NCBI GenBank assembly: GCA_951406725.2
Contig: OX597839.1
Location: 17,236,001 to 17,300,000 of the forward strand
Direction of reading: 5' to 3'
Source of the DNA: Octopus vulgaris
Lineage: Eukaryota
Length of the DNA stretch: 64,000 nt
Shown: one piece after another, positions 1 through 15,017 of the stretch
Layout: every line of letters starts with the position of its first letter
Numbering within the stretch: position 1 is the stretch's first letter
Notes under the pieces: generated by a model
Told to the model about the DNA's origin: nothing
The model's input: only the letters and a program-made list of their open reading frames with translations
Database searches by the model: none
Translations under genes and position numbers: made by a program

Positions 1-15
1 ATGTATGTATGTATG

Positions 16-66
<51 letters not shown>

Positions 67-97
67 ATGTTTCTATGTATATATTAGTATATATATG

Positions 98-134
<37 letters not shown>

Positions 135-324
135 GTAAGCATATATATATATGTAAGTATATATATATATGTATGTATATATGTATGTATGCATATATAT
201 ATGTATGTATATATATGTAAGCATATATATATGTATGTATATATATATGTATGTATATATATATATGTATGCATATATATATGTATGTATATATATGTAT
301 ATATATACATATATATATTGTATG

Positions 325-358
<34 letters not shown>

Positions 359-425
359 CATATATATATGTATATATATGTATATATATACATATATATA
401 TGTATGTATATATATATTTATGTAT
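1..425. repeat. compound (TA)n/(TATG)n microsatellite
   Basis: Alternating TA/TATG units read directly; overlapping ORFs are only Y/I/M/V/C. Confidence 0.97.
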
Positions 426-762
426 GTCGCATGGCTCAGTGGTTAGAGCGTCGAGCTTACGATCGTGAAGTTGTGAGATCGAATCCCGGACCGGGCTGCG
501 TGTTGTGTTCTTGAGCAAGGCACTTTATTTCACGTTGCTCCAGTTCACTCAGCTGTAGAAATGAGTTGCGACGTCACTGGTGCCAAGCTGTATCGACCTT
601 TGTCTTTCCCTTGGATAACACTGGTGGCGTGGAGAGGGGAGGCTGGTATGCATGGGCGACTGCTGGTCTTCCATAAACAACCTTGCCCGGACTTGTGTCT
701 AGGAGGGTAACTTTCTAGGTGCAATCCCATGGTCATTCATGACCGAAGGGGGTCTTTACCTT
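426..762 (+). mobile_element. tRNA-derived SINE (family C), near full length
   Basis: Head GCATGGCTCAGTGGTTAGAGCG (A box) and GATCGAATCC (B box-like); body TTGTGTTCTTGAGCAAGGCACTTTA; tail CTTTACCTT; flanked by TA arrays. Confidence 0.88.
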
Positions 763-1269
763 ATATATATATATATGTATGTATGTATATATATATGTAT
801 GTATGTATATATATGTATGTATATATAAGTATGTATATATATATATATGCATGTATATATATATGCTTATGTATATATGTATGTATATATAATATGCTTA
901 TGTATATATGTATGTATATATAATATGCTTATGTATATATATATATGAAAATATATGTATGTTTCTATATATGTTTATGCATATATGTATGTGTAGATAT
1001 ATATATATATATATATATATGAATGTATACATATATATATATATGTTTGTATGTGTATGTATTTATATGTATTTATATGTATGTATATATATGTATGTAT
1101 ATGTATGTATATATATGTATGTATGTATATGTATGTATATATATGTATGTATGTATATGTATGTATATATATGTATGTATGTATATGTATGTATATATAT
1201 GTATGTATGTATATATATATATATATGTATGTATGTATTTATATGTATGTCTATATATGTATGTATGTG

Positions 1270-1308
<39 letters not shown>

Positions 1309-1425
1309 GTGTATGTATGTATATATATGTATGTATGTATATATATATATATGTATATATATATGTATATATATGTATGTATGTATATATATGTATGTAT
1401 GTATATATATGTATGTATGTATATG

Positions 1426-1488
<63 letters not shown>

Positions 1489-1507
1489 GTGTATATATAT
1501 ATATATG

Positions 1508-1538
<31 letters not shown>

Positions 1539-1797
1539 GTGTATATATATATATATGTATATATATGTACGCATATATATGTATGTATATATATGTCTGT
1601 ATGCATATATATGTATGTGTATATATATATATATATATGTATGTATATATATATGTATTTGTATATATATCTTTATATGTATGTGTGTATATATATATGC
1701 ATCTATATATGTATTTGTATATATATCTTTATATGTATGTGTGTGTATATATATATATATGCATCTATGTATGTATATGCATATACATGTGTGTATT

Positions 1798-1828
<31 letters not shown>

Positions 1829-1850
1829 GTATGTATATGTATGTATATAT
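763..1850. repeat. compound (TA)n/(TATG)n microsatellite
   Basis: Seen directly; source of the spurious 278-362 aa ORFs. Confidence 0.97.
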
Positions 1851-2176
1851 ACCTGTTAGTATGTACGTATATGTTTACACGTATAGACATGGCGTGTATG
1901 TATATGTTTCGACGTGCACATACATTTTTGCACTATCATATGTGTATATATTTATATATGTCTGTTGTTGATGTCATAAGAAATGAAAAACTTTGAGAGA
2001 ACGTGAAATAGTCATAGCTTGGGTGCAAAAAGCTGAAGGTTGCCCGTGGAACTCGAACCACAATCTTCTGTAAACATAAGTATATGTTGCGAGTGTATAT
2101 TTTATATAAACACATACGTACGCACCTACATGTATATGCATACTTATATATAAGTACACGTGCATGTGTGTATGTA

Positions 2177-2232
<56 letters not shown>

Positions 2233-3186
2233 TCTGTAGACATATGTGTGACTGTGTATATAAATTTATATGTGTGTGTATATATCTATAAACGTAAATG
2301 TGTGTGTACATATATGTATATATAATTGTATATATGTGTGTTATATACAGTATGTGTATGTATACATATCTTCTGTGTATATCACATACTCACACGTATA
2401 CATATTTATATGTATATATGATCTAGAATACGAAAGTGTTGCGTATAGTATGTATGTGCATATGAGTACAAGATTTTCTGTACACACAGGGAAAATACTT
2501 ATGGTTTGCTATTTTGTATGCCAATCACTACTACTTTACCTCTGTTTTGTGTACGTGTTTTTATTTATTTATTTGTTGTTATCCGAAATATATATCTTCA
2601 AAATCCAAAATAGCACGTCTGATTCTCGATTGACCTGCTGTGTACACACGTGCGTTTTCCCGCTTTTATTTATTTTTTGTTATGAAATGCGTTTTTGGCT
2701 CGGTCATTCCGTCTTTCAAATGCTTTCAAACGTGGCCATCTCGTCTTCGAATCCTTTATTTGTCTAAAGCATTTTTCATAAGTTTGTCCTAAACGTTCCC
2801 TCTTACTTTCAGCCTTTCCGTTAGCTCACTTTTAATACTTTCTGTGTAATTTAACGCTTTCCTTTCATATGTTCCAAGTTAACTTAGTGGTTTAAAAACA
2901 AAACTGGAGATAGGTCTGGTAAATGGTGCATGAGCGCCAAGGAAATGTGCCCTGTATATCGTATGTGATACACAGGTCAATGCGTTCCAACTGTGACCAT
3001 CTAGTCACTTTTAAAAATATTCTAATTGTGCCCTTGAAGTCATTTTTTAAAAATCGTTTCAACGTGACCATTGCGCTTTGTAAATGTGACCACCTTGTTT
3101 TTTTTTTTTAATTATGATCAAGATATCTTTCTGTTACCCTCAACCTTGTTTTCAAGATACATTTGATAATGCAGTGCAATGTACAA

Positions 3187-3341
3187 CAGTAGCATAACTT
3201 GAGCGGTGCGTGGGGGGGGGGGGGTCGGCCGCCGGGTGGTGCTTTTATGAGGGCATCACTTCTGGGTCTGCTTTATAAACCTGTATAGGCTGCAGCAAAC
3301 TCAAATGCTGCTCCGGCGCACACACTCTATTTCCGCTACTG
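3187..3341 (-). mobile_element. hAT-like MITE, same family as 55319-55598 in opposite orientation
   Basis: Termini CAGTAGC...GCTACTG; reverse complement of the 3' end (CAGTAGCGGAA..AGAGTGTGTGCGCCGG) matches the start of the 55319 copy. Confidence 0.65.
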
Positions 3342-3378
3342 GTGTACGCTAGGTGAAAAATAAAATATAGGAAGTGGA

Positions 3379-3601
3379 TCAGAGCTGGCCTGGGACTAAA
3401 TAACAATGCCAGCTTGCGATAGTCACGTGTGTGTGTGTATGGTGGGGGACAGATCGCAGGTTCGCTATTTTCTGCTCTAGGATACTGTAGGCGGTAGTTA
3501 CAGGTGTTGTGAGCTTTCCTGTGCTGCTTATACTTTATTTAAAATGACTCGTGTGGATCCCGGGTAACTGCCCAGTATGCCTATGTCCTCAGACAGCACT
3601 A
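3379..3601. mobile_element. degenerate MITE with CAGNGC-type termini
   Basis: Starts CAGAGCTGGCCTGG and ends CTGCCCAGTATGCC...CAGACAGCACT; a related terminus CAGTGCCATCTTAA...ACTGGGTAGTTG occurs near 48587. Confidence 0.4.
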
Positions 3602-3786
3602 TCCTTTACTCTTTCAGATTCTAATGTTGCTACAGTTAAAATTGAATTTCATCCTTTGGAGGTCGATAAAAGTAGCGGTCGATAAAATTTGTGCTCTTTG
3701 TACGAAATCTAAGACACTGTTTTCTTTGGTTTCTTCAGCCCTATTTCCCCATTGATTTAGGTACGTGACACCTTCGTTGATGGCCT

Positions 3787-4452
3787 TAAAGACCCACGGG
3801 TGTCTTAGACGTACCCCTATTTCAACCGCGCATATTCAGTAAAGTCCATCTTATATAGGATCCAGAGTATCTTTTTGAGACTATTTCGAAAGAAATAAAA
3901 TATTTTTATAAATCCAAATCTGTTTCATATGCTATCAAATATTTGTTGATAATATGGAAAATCGCGGCACCTCTAACAAACTTTGACCCAGAGAAAGCCT
4001 TAGTGAACGAGGAAAAGAGTTTATATATAATTACTATAAAAATCAGGATCTTCAAATACACAGAATCGAACTTCAAAAGTATGATAAAAGTAAAAAGTTA
4101 CCACCATCTGTGATGGCATTGCTTCCAAAAAGGCAAAAAAAAGGTCTCAAAAAATCACACCAGATCCTATACGCGAAGTTGGACCTTCCATAAGCTAATT
4201 TTGACCTTAATACTCACTACTAAAAGCTAATTTTACCTAAGACAGTCTCTTCTACGAAGCCTGACGCCCTAATAACTCAGTTTTTATACACAGTAGTATT
4301 TTCTACTATATGCTAAAGTACTTCTGTAATGTACTGCCAGTTTGCTTTAGATATTACAGGTTTTATGCGTTAAAAACTTTTTCTGAGTATGCGCTACAGA
4401 AATTGGGGGGCGTCTGATATACCTGTGGGTCTTTTATGCTCCCAAATATGGT
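3787..4452. mobile_element. non-autonomous TIR DNA transposon (pogo/Tc1-like)
   Basis: AAAGACCCACGGGTGTCTTAGACG..GCGCATATTCAG (3788-3840) is the inverted repeat of CTGAGTATGCGC..CGTCTGATATACCTGTGGGTCTTTT (4383-4435); right end ...AAATATGG-TA; outer left terminus missing. Confidence 0.6.
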
Positions 4453-5092
4453 ATCTACTGATATAGTTTAATTGTAGGGTATCTCTTTCAATCTTTCTCT
4501 CGTCCTCATTATGGACATCAAAGACAATTAACTGGTCTCTATTTCATTTAAACGATGATTAAAAAGCTCTTTTATTGGTAATATATTGAGTGGAAATGTA
4601 TATGATTTCAACCGATCATCTATGAACAATACACACATATATACACCCACATACTTACATAAGTACATACACAAGGACATACACACGTAAATGCATTGTC
4701 AAAATATGTAAAACTTCCCAAAAGTTTAACAGACAAATACACGATATGTATGAGTATACATACATATAACAAAATATAGAAATCTGCACATGCACTGACC
4801 CCAAATACTTTCACGTAGGCTCACATACGTACACAGTTACCTTGTCGATGTTATTGAAATTACAGTGAAGTAGCCTTAGATTTTGATTAAAAACCGACTG
4901 ATTCTCTATTATCAAGAGTTCTAGAAATAAACTTAAATAATAAAATGCATTTATACATGTGATTTCGAACATATGATAGTCGTTGTTGACATCGGATGAA
5001 AACCCCATCTGCAAGAGTCCCTATTCAACTAACTTCAAGAATATACCAAACACATAGATGAAGAGCAAATACAAAGTATATTAGAGCTTATA

Positions 5093-5258
5093 CTGTAATA
5101 ACTCGTGTGTAAGTCGCACTCCTAATTTTGTATTGAAATTCATACAAAGTTTTTAAAAAAAAGTTTTAGGTTTTTCCCTTGTATAAGCCGCACCCCAGCT
5201 TTTTTCCCCAGCTAAAATCAAATATAAAATAGTACAACTTATACACGAGTAAATACAG
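5093..5258. mobile_element. pogo/Tigger-like MITE with TA target duplication
   Basis: TIRs CTGTAATAACTCGTGTGTAAGT and ACTTATACACGAGTAAATACAG, each flanked by TA. Confidence 0.8.
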
Positions 5259-5459
5259 TACTTGTTAACTTACACGTGATCGGTATCGTCAACCATTAAT
5301 TTCTGGACCTATCTGATTTGTATTTAATTAGGGCCGCATTTTTTTTTACATACTTCTTCGAATTGTATACACCTGTATAGCTATGTAATCATTTATGGGG
5401 GTGTGTGTATTTATCTATCTACCTACACCACTCCTTCTCTCTCTGTCTCTCTCTCTCTT

Positions 5460-5790
5460 AGCTGTGTGGTGTGGTCAAGAAGCTGGTTTTGCAACGGTGT
5501 ATTCAGTCCCACTGCACAGCATCTTGGGCAAGGACCTGTGCTTGTAAGTGAATTCGGCTGAAGGAAACTGTTTGAAAGTCTGTTGTGTGTGTGTGTGTGT
5601 GTGCCTGTGTGCGTATCGCTGTGTTTGTCGCACCCCGCCGTTTAATAACAGGTGTTGGTTTGTTTACGTCGCACTAACTTGCGGTTCGGCAAAAGACGCC
5701 GACAGAATAAGTACTAAACTTGAAAACATTAGTACGAGCGTTGATTTGTTCGAACCCTTTAAAGTAGAGCCGCAGTTCAATAACTGAAAT
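5460..5790 (+). mobile_element. SINE family A, degenerate
   Basis: CAGTCCCACTGCACAGCATCTTGGGCAAG, internal (TG)n and AACTTGCGGTTCGGCAAAAGA match the 25090 copy. Confidence 0.75.
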
Positions 5791-6056
5791 AAGTTAAAAC
5801 AAAACACACGCATGTGTGTGTGGGTATATGTATGTATTCTTTGTGTACAAAGCCTGATGCTCTTAGCAACCAAACTGAGAGAGTACGAGGCAGCGGTATC
5901 AAAGAAATATACCACATGCTTGCAATCAATACACGTGCACACGTTTTCGCGCGCTTCGGTAAAAGCACGATTATTGGCGTACAAACGTTTCTATGTGTGT
6001 GTGTATGTGTATGACATACATTTACACAGAAGCATTTGTGTATGTATTTTTTAAAA

Positions 6057-6268
6057 TTCTTTTACTAGTTTCAGCCATTTGACTGCGGCCATGCTGGAGC
6101 ACCGCCCTTCGTCGAACAAATTGATCCCAGGACTTACTCTTTGTAAGAGTAGTACTTATTCTATCGGTCTCTTTTGCCGAACCGCTAAGTTACGGGGACA
6201 TAAACACACCAAAATTGGTTGTCAAGCGATGATGGGAGGGAGGCACAAATACAGATGCACAAACTTAC

Positions 6269-6311
<43 letters not shown>

Positions 6312-6447
6312 GCTTCTTTCAATTTCCGTCTACCAAATTTACTCACAAGGCTTTGGTCGGCCCGAGGCTATAGTAGGGGACACTTGCCCAAGGTGTCACG
6401 CAGTGGGCCTGAACCTGGAACTACTTAGTTGTGAACTTCTTACCACA
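6057..6447 (-). mobile_element. SINE family A
   Basis: Reverse complement of the 25090 copy (GACTGCGGCCATGCTGGAGCACCGCC; CTCACAAGGCTTTGGTCGGCCCGAGGCTATAG). Confidence 0.9.
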
Positions 6448-7249
6448 TATGCATATGTATGAATCTACGTTTGTACATCTTGTTTATGTGCTTCGTATGT
6501 GTGTCTCTAGGCATCTGTATACATTTATATACATATGCGCTTACGTGTAATCATTAAAAACTGGGGGTTCATAGCATTACTACTCTTGATTTTTTTTTAT
6601 TTATTATTATTTGCTCATTCAGGCCGCAAACTCCGACCGACCACGGTTTTTAATCATGAGCTTTAATATGTATAAACTAACGCTACGAAATACATTGAGT
6701 ACTTGTGTGCTTTTCCTTCTTTCTGTATACATATGCACAAACATGCTCGCACGCGCACACACATACTGAGCTTGTTTCAATTTTTTTAATAAGAAGTATT
6801 ACAATTTAGAAGTTTCTCAATAAAGAGGTTGATACCGTTATCGCCATACCACGGAATCAATACATGCCTACGTCTTCTAGCGCGCCGGTAAAAGCGTACT
6901 TGCGACTGTAAATACACACGCAAACACATTCGCACGCAAGCACGCATACGCACCCACACATACACTAAACAGATTTATCTAAACTAATACATGTATTGAG
7001 TTCTATATTATGCACTTTTTAAAATATATTTCAATATACTTTTATACTTTTTAACACTTACATTACAATATATACATATGTGTGTGTGTGTCTCTATCTC
7101 TGTAATATATAGTTGGAGTTAAAAAATCGATTATACATGATGTGCACGTGCGCAAACACGGATGCATACATACGTAGATGTACTAATACATACGTGCACG
7201 AATTAATACATACATGCATCCGTACGTGCATGCATAGATACAGAGTCAA

Positions 7250-7790
7250 CACTATAACATCACGCGACCTGCTATAATTAAGAACCTAAATCTCGCATAT
7301 CAAACCCTATCGTTTTAAATAGTGAAAAATACATGTATGTGTGTATGTATATATGTATGTATGTATACATGGATGCATATATATGTGTATGTATGCATGC
7401 ATACATAGATGAATGTATGTGTGTGTATATATGTACGTACGTGTGTACGCATGCAGGGATACATGTATGGATGTAAAAAGGTACGTATGCATGCATGTAT
7501 GTATGTATGGCATATCATAAGACATGTCATAAGCTGGATCATATGAGTGATTTATCAGGGCAGAACTGGGTCAAATTGTAACTATACAAGAAGGAATATT
7601 AACTGCGCCAGTGTTACAGTTCTCGGAGGGTTTTCAAACACCATGGGCACAGCATCTTCCTTCAGACGAATCTTATAAAAATTCAGAAAAAGAAACAGCA
7701 GCAGCTATATCACTTTCCTCACGTCATATTATTAACAGAGGCGTGACAATCAAACAATAATCTTTCATTCACATACTGTTACATTAACAT
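7250..7790. repeat. diverged repeat homologous to 22980-23345
   Basis: Shared blocks CGTTTTAAATAGTGAAAAATA, AACTGGGTC..ATTGTAACTATA, CGCCAGTGTTAC and CAGACAATAAT.TTTCATTCACA in the same order. Confidence 0.7.
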
Positions 7791-7859
7791 TCTAAACATG
7801 TTTTCGAATCGTGTTTATAAATTTTAAAAAATACACTGCAAACCCGTTGTTCTTTAACC

Positions 7860-8428
7860 TATGTATGTATGTATGTATGTATGTATGTATGTATGTATGT
7901 ATGTATGTATGTATGTATGTATGTGTGTGTGTATGTATGTATGTATGTATGTATGTATGTATGTATGTATGTATGTATGTATGCATGCATGTGTGCTTGT
8001 ATGTATGTGTGCATGTCTGTATGTGCGCGCGTGCATGTATATTTGTATGTGTGTGTATAGATGTGTATATATATATGTATATAAATATATATATATATAT
8101 ATACGAGTATATTACAATATATGTGTATAAATATATATATAAATTTATATACATACATGTATGTATACGTATGAATATATGTACGTATACGTATGTATAT
8201 AAGCGTATGTGTATATACATATGTATATATAAGTATGTAAATGTATATGTATATATAAGTATGTATATGTATATATATATGTAAATGTATATATATGTAT
8301 ATATATAAGTATGTATATGTATGCATACGTATGTATATGTATATATATAAGTATGTATATGTATGCATACGTATGTCTATATATATATATATGTATGTGT
8401 GTGTGTTTATATACGTATGTATATATGG

Positions 8429-8468
<40 letters not shown>

Positions 8469-8583
8469 ATGCATATATATATACGTATGTATATGTATGT
8501 ATATATACGTATATGTATGTATGTATATGTATGTATGTATGTATATGTATGTGCGTACATATATATATATATATATGAAAGTA

Positions 8584-8623
<40 letters not shown>

Positions 8624-8698
8624 ATACATCTCTGAACGAGGTATAAACAGTAGCTGAACGACAATGTGAAATATATATGCCACTTAGTGGTTAGCCAC

Positions 8699-8742
<44 letters not shown>

Positions 8743-8821
8743 GTATATGTATATGTATATGTACGTATATGTATATATATATATATATACGTATATATAT
8801 ATATATATATATATACGTATA

Positions 8822-8874
<53 letters not shown>

Positions 8875-9047
8875 GTATATATATATATATACACGTATAT
8901 GTATATCTATATATACGTATATGTATATGTACGTATATGTATATATATATATACGTATATCTATATATATATATATACACGTATATGTATATATATATGT
9001 ACGTACGTATATGTACATATATATATATATATATGTACGTATATGTA

Positions 9048-9086
<39 letters not shown>

Positions 9087-9151
9087 GTATATGTATATAT
9101 ATATATGTACGTACGTATATGTATATATATATATATATGTACGTATATGTA

Positions 9152-9192
<41 letters not shown>

Positions 9193-9350
9193 GTATATGT
9201 ATATATATATATGTACGTACGTATATGTATATATATATATATGTACGTATATGTATATATGTATATATATATATATATATATATGTATATACACGTATAT
9301 GATATATATATATATGTACGTACGTATATGTATATATATATATATGTACG

Positions 9351-9397
<47 letters not shown>

Positions 9398-9457
9398 GTA
9401 TATATATATATGTACGTACGTATGTATATATATATATATATATATGTATATATGTAG

Positions 9458-9488
<31 letters not shown>

Positions 9489-9543
9489 GTATATGTATAT
9501 ATATATATGTACGTACGTATATGTATATATATATATATGTACG

Positions 9544-9592
<49 letters not shown>

Positions 9593-9687
9593 GTATAAGT
9601 ATTTATATATATATATATATATATGTACGTATAAGTATATATATATATATATGTACGTATAAGCATATATATATATGTACGTATAAG

Positions 9688-9719
<32 letters not shown>

Positions 9720-9827
9720 TATAAGTATATGTATATATATATATATATATATGCATATAAGTATATATATATATATATATATATATATGCATATAAGTAT
9801 ATATATATATATATATATGCATATAAG

Positions 9828-9860
<33 letters not shown>

Positions 9861-9920
9861 GTATGTATGTATATATGTATGTATACATATTTATATATGT
9901 AAACATACATATAAATATAT
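7860..9920. repeat. compound microsatellite: (TATG)n, then (TA)n with ACGT- and GCATATAAG-punctuated units
   Basis: Seen directly; one short unique island at 8627-8700. Confidence 0.95.
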
Positions 9921-11166
9921 ATGCATCATCGCATAAATAATGCGATTTCTTCATATTTCTTTCATTTTTCGAAATTAAGATAAAGTTCGTTTTTAACCTA
10001 AAATATACACTCCTTTTCTACTATGGTCTTCCATTTATCTGGTAGATTTGCAAGATCCCTCTTCAAAAATATCGCTCCTTCAGTATTGTTTTGACATTAT
10101 CCACAGAATCCATATTTTTTTTGACGTCCAAATGATTTCGAAGACTGCGAGATAAATGATAATCATATGGGGTGATATCCGACGAATATGGTAGGTGGGG
10201 CATTGTTTCCCATTCAAACCGCTCCAGCCTTTGGAATGTCATTCTCGCTGTAAGTGGGCGAACATCATCCTGATGGAAGAACAGCTTTCGTCTTGAAACC
10301 AAAGATGGTTGTTTTTCTTCTAGTGCTGACTTAAGCCGCTGAAGCTGCTCGCAATAGATTTCCTGTGTTATCGTTCAGTTTGGGTTTAAAAGTTTAAGGT
10401 GGACTAAACCTTTCATATCCCATCGAACAGATAACAACATCTTACGTAGGTGAAGACCCTCTTTAGTCTGGAGTGCCGGTGTTCTACTCTCTTCGGCGCT
10501 TGACATTGTTACAGAGAACCCATTTCTCGTTACCAGTCACTATTCGGTCCAAAAGTGGTTAATTTGTGAGATGTGACAGCAAAGAAGAGAACACATTCAC
10601 TCTCTGCACACAATTAGACTCGGAAAGGTTATGAGGAACCTATTGACCCAATTTGCTGACATTTCCGATGGCACGCAGGTGTTGATGAATGGTTGAATGA
10701 CCAAATCCAAGCTTCTTTGCTAGTTCCTCGGCAGTTACGATGGGATTTTGTTCTACCAGATTTTGCAGGACGTCCTCGTCGAGATCTGTAGATCTTTCAG
10801 AATAAGGCTAGTCTTCTAGTCTGTAGTTTCAGGCTCAGAATTTCTGGAACCACCGTTGACACTGGTTTACGCTTATTGTCCGATCCCTGTATACTGCATT
10901 AATATTCCTTGCACTTTCCGTTACGTTGTTGCATTTATTGAGCTCATAAAGCAGAATATGACGAAAATGCTCCTTTGTAATTTCTACTATAACTTTGAAA
11001 TAACTGTTAAAATCGAACTGCACTCATCCAAACTGTCACTACGAATAAGCAGAGGGTAAAATTACTTTGTGCTCTTATAGCAAATAGATGCAGGTAGTTT
11101 GTCCCGTCTCCCTCAGACTTTTAGTTCATGGAATTGTAAAAAACCGTCCTATTTATACGAAGACCA
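9921..11166 (-). mobile_element. mariner (DD34D) transposon, full length, transposase pseudogenised
   Basis: Minus-strand pieces EITKEHFRHILLYELNK..NINAVY..CQRWFQKF (mariner HTH) and FHQDDVRPLT..HLPYSSDITPYDYHL (YSPDLAPSDY-like); degenerate TIRs related to CATAAATAATGCGGTTTTTT; ~1.25 kb. Confidence 0.92.
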
Positions 11167-11350
11167 TATATATATATGGACGGTTTTTTACAATTCCATG
11201 AACTAAAAGTCTGAGGGATATATATATATATATGTGTGTCTATGCATATATAATTACACGTATGTATATGTATATATGCACGTATGCATATATATATATG
11301 TATATATAATTACACGTATGCATATATATATATGTATATATAATTACACG

Positions 11351-11382
<32 letters not shown>

Positions 11383-11724
11383 CGTATGTATATAAATATA
11401 TACACGTATTTATAAGTTTGTATATATTCATATGTATATATCTATACGTATGTCTATCTATATATATGTGTATTTATTTATGTGTGTGTTTATACATATA
11501 TATGTACGAATATGCAGATAAAAGCATATACACATATATACATATATATATGTACGTATATATATATATATATAGACGTGTGCGTTTATATATGTATATA
11601 GGAATGGGTACGTATGTATGTATACACGTACCTCTGTGTGCATATATACACATATATGCATACATATATACATGTATGTATGTTTATGCATATGTGTATA
11701 TCTATATATCTCTATGTTCATCCT

Positions 11725-11924
11725 TGTTTTTGCCAACTCGCCACCACTTGACAACCGATGTTGTTGTGTTTACGTCCCCATAACTTAGCGGTTGGGCGAG
11801 AGACCAGATAGAATAAGTACTGTGCTTACAAAAAATAAGTCCTGGTGTTGATTTCTTCGACTAAAGGCGGTGCTCTAGCATGGCCGCAGTCAAATGACAA
11901 AAACAAAAATTAATATAAAAAAGA

Positions 11925-11926
<2 letters not shown>
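11725..11926 (+). mobile_element. SINE family A, 3' half
   Basis: CTTGACAACCGATG..TAACTTAGCGG..GACTAAAGGCGGTGCTCTAGCATGGCCGCAGTCAAATGAC. Confidence 0.88.
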
Positions 11927-13965
<2,039 letters not shown>

Positions 13966-14012
13966 ATTATGTACATATTCTTTTACAAACTGTACATAAG
14001 AGTATGTATATA

Positions 14013-14413
14013 TTCTTTTATTCTTTTCTCTTTATTTTGTTATTTGCTGGTTTACCGCATTTAGCCAAGCAAACAAATCCAGGGCTTATTCTTTATAAGC
14101 CTAGTACTTACTTTGTCGGTCGTTTTCGGCGACCCGCTAAGTTACCTGGACGTAAACACACCAGCATCGGTTGTAAAGGGAAGTTAGGTCGGCAGAGAGA
14201 CAGACAGAGAGACACTCATACACACACACACACACACATATGTATATATTTATATGGGCATCTTTCAGTCTCCGTCTACCATATCCACTCAAGGCTTTGG
14301 TCAGCGCGGGACTATAAGTAGAAAACAATTGCCAAGGGTGCCACGCAGTAGGACAAAACCCGGCACCATGTGGTTGGTAAGCAAGCTACTTACCACGCAG
14401 CCTGTCCTGCGCC
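14013..14413 (-). mobile_element. SINE family A
   Basis: Reverse complement of the head ..GCAAGCTACTTACCACGCAGCCTGTCCTGCGCC plus body motifs. Confidence 0.88.
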
Positions 14414-14664
14414 TATATTCATATGCGTAAGTATGTAAATACATGCATGTGTTGGTAAATAAATATCTGTGTATAGATATACATGTGTATGTATGCATAT
14501 ACTTATGTATATATATGTATATGTGTGTATATGTATGCGTATATACATGTGTATGTATTTGTGTATATACATATTTGTGTGTATGTGTGTATACAGGTAT
14601 GTGTATGCATGTATATATACATATGTGTATTTATGTATATACGTGTATATATATCTGCATATAA

Positions 14665-14720
<56 letters not shown>

Positions 14721-14752
14721 TTTATTTAAAGCAGCAGAAAATTCAACAAAAT

Positions 14753-14790
14753 CTGTTACTCTGAGTTTCTCGTTGCCGTTCATCAGATAG
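14753..14790 (-). ncRNA. type I hammerhead ribozyme motif in a Penelope-like terminal fragment (14719-14850)
   Basis: Minus strand CTAT-CTGATGA-ACG GCAA CGA-GAA-ACTC A GAGT-A-ACAG: CUGAUGA and GAAA cores, palindromic stem III, GUA triplet; one mismatch each in stems I and II. Confidence 0.65.
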
Positions 14791-14978
14791 TTTTTGCTAG
14801 AATGGAACCGATATATCAATTCAATCCAGACTCTTACAAACGCTACACCTTTATATACACACACGTGTGTGTTTATATATGTATAAATATGTTTTTTGAG
14901 TATATATGTATATATATATGTGTGTGTGCCTTTATGTGTGTATATATATATACATATATATATATGTGTGTGTGCCTT

Positions 14979-15017
<39 letters not shown>

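Noticed and set aside
426-500. Possible tRNA gene (likewise 58564-58637)
   Set aside because: A and B boxes are present but the acceptor stem does not pair well, and the head runs into a repeat body; these are SINE-type heads.
8627-8700. Two CTGAACGA motifs followed by GAAA as a hammerhead
   Set aside because: The core has an extra base and there is no credible stem II or stem I.
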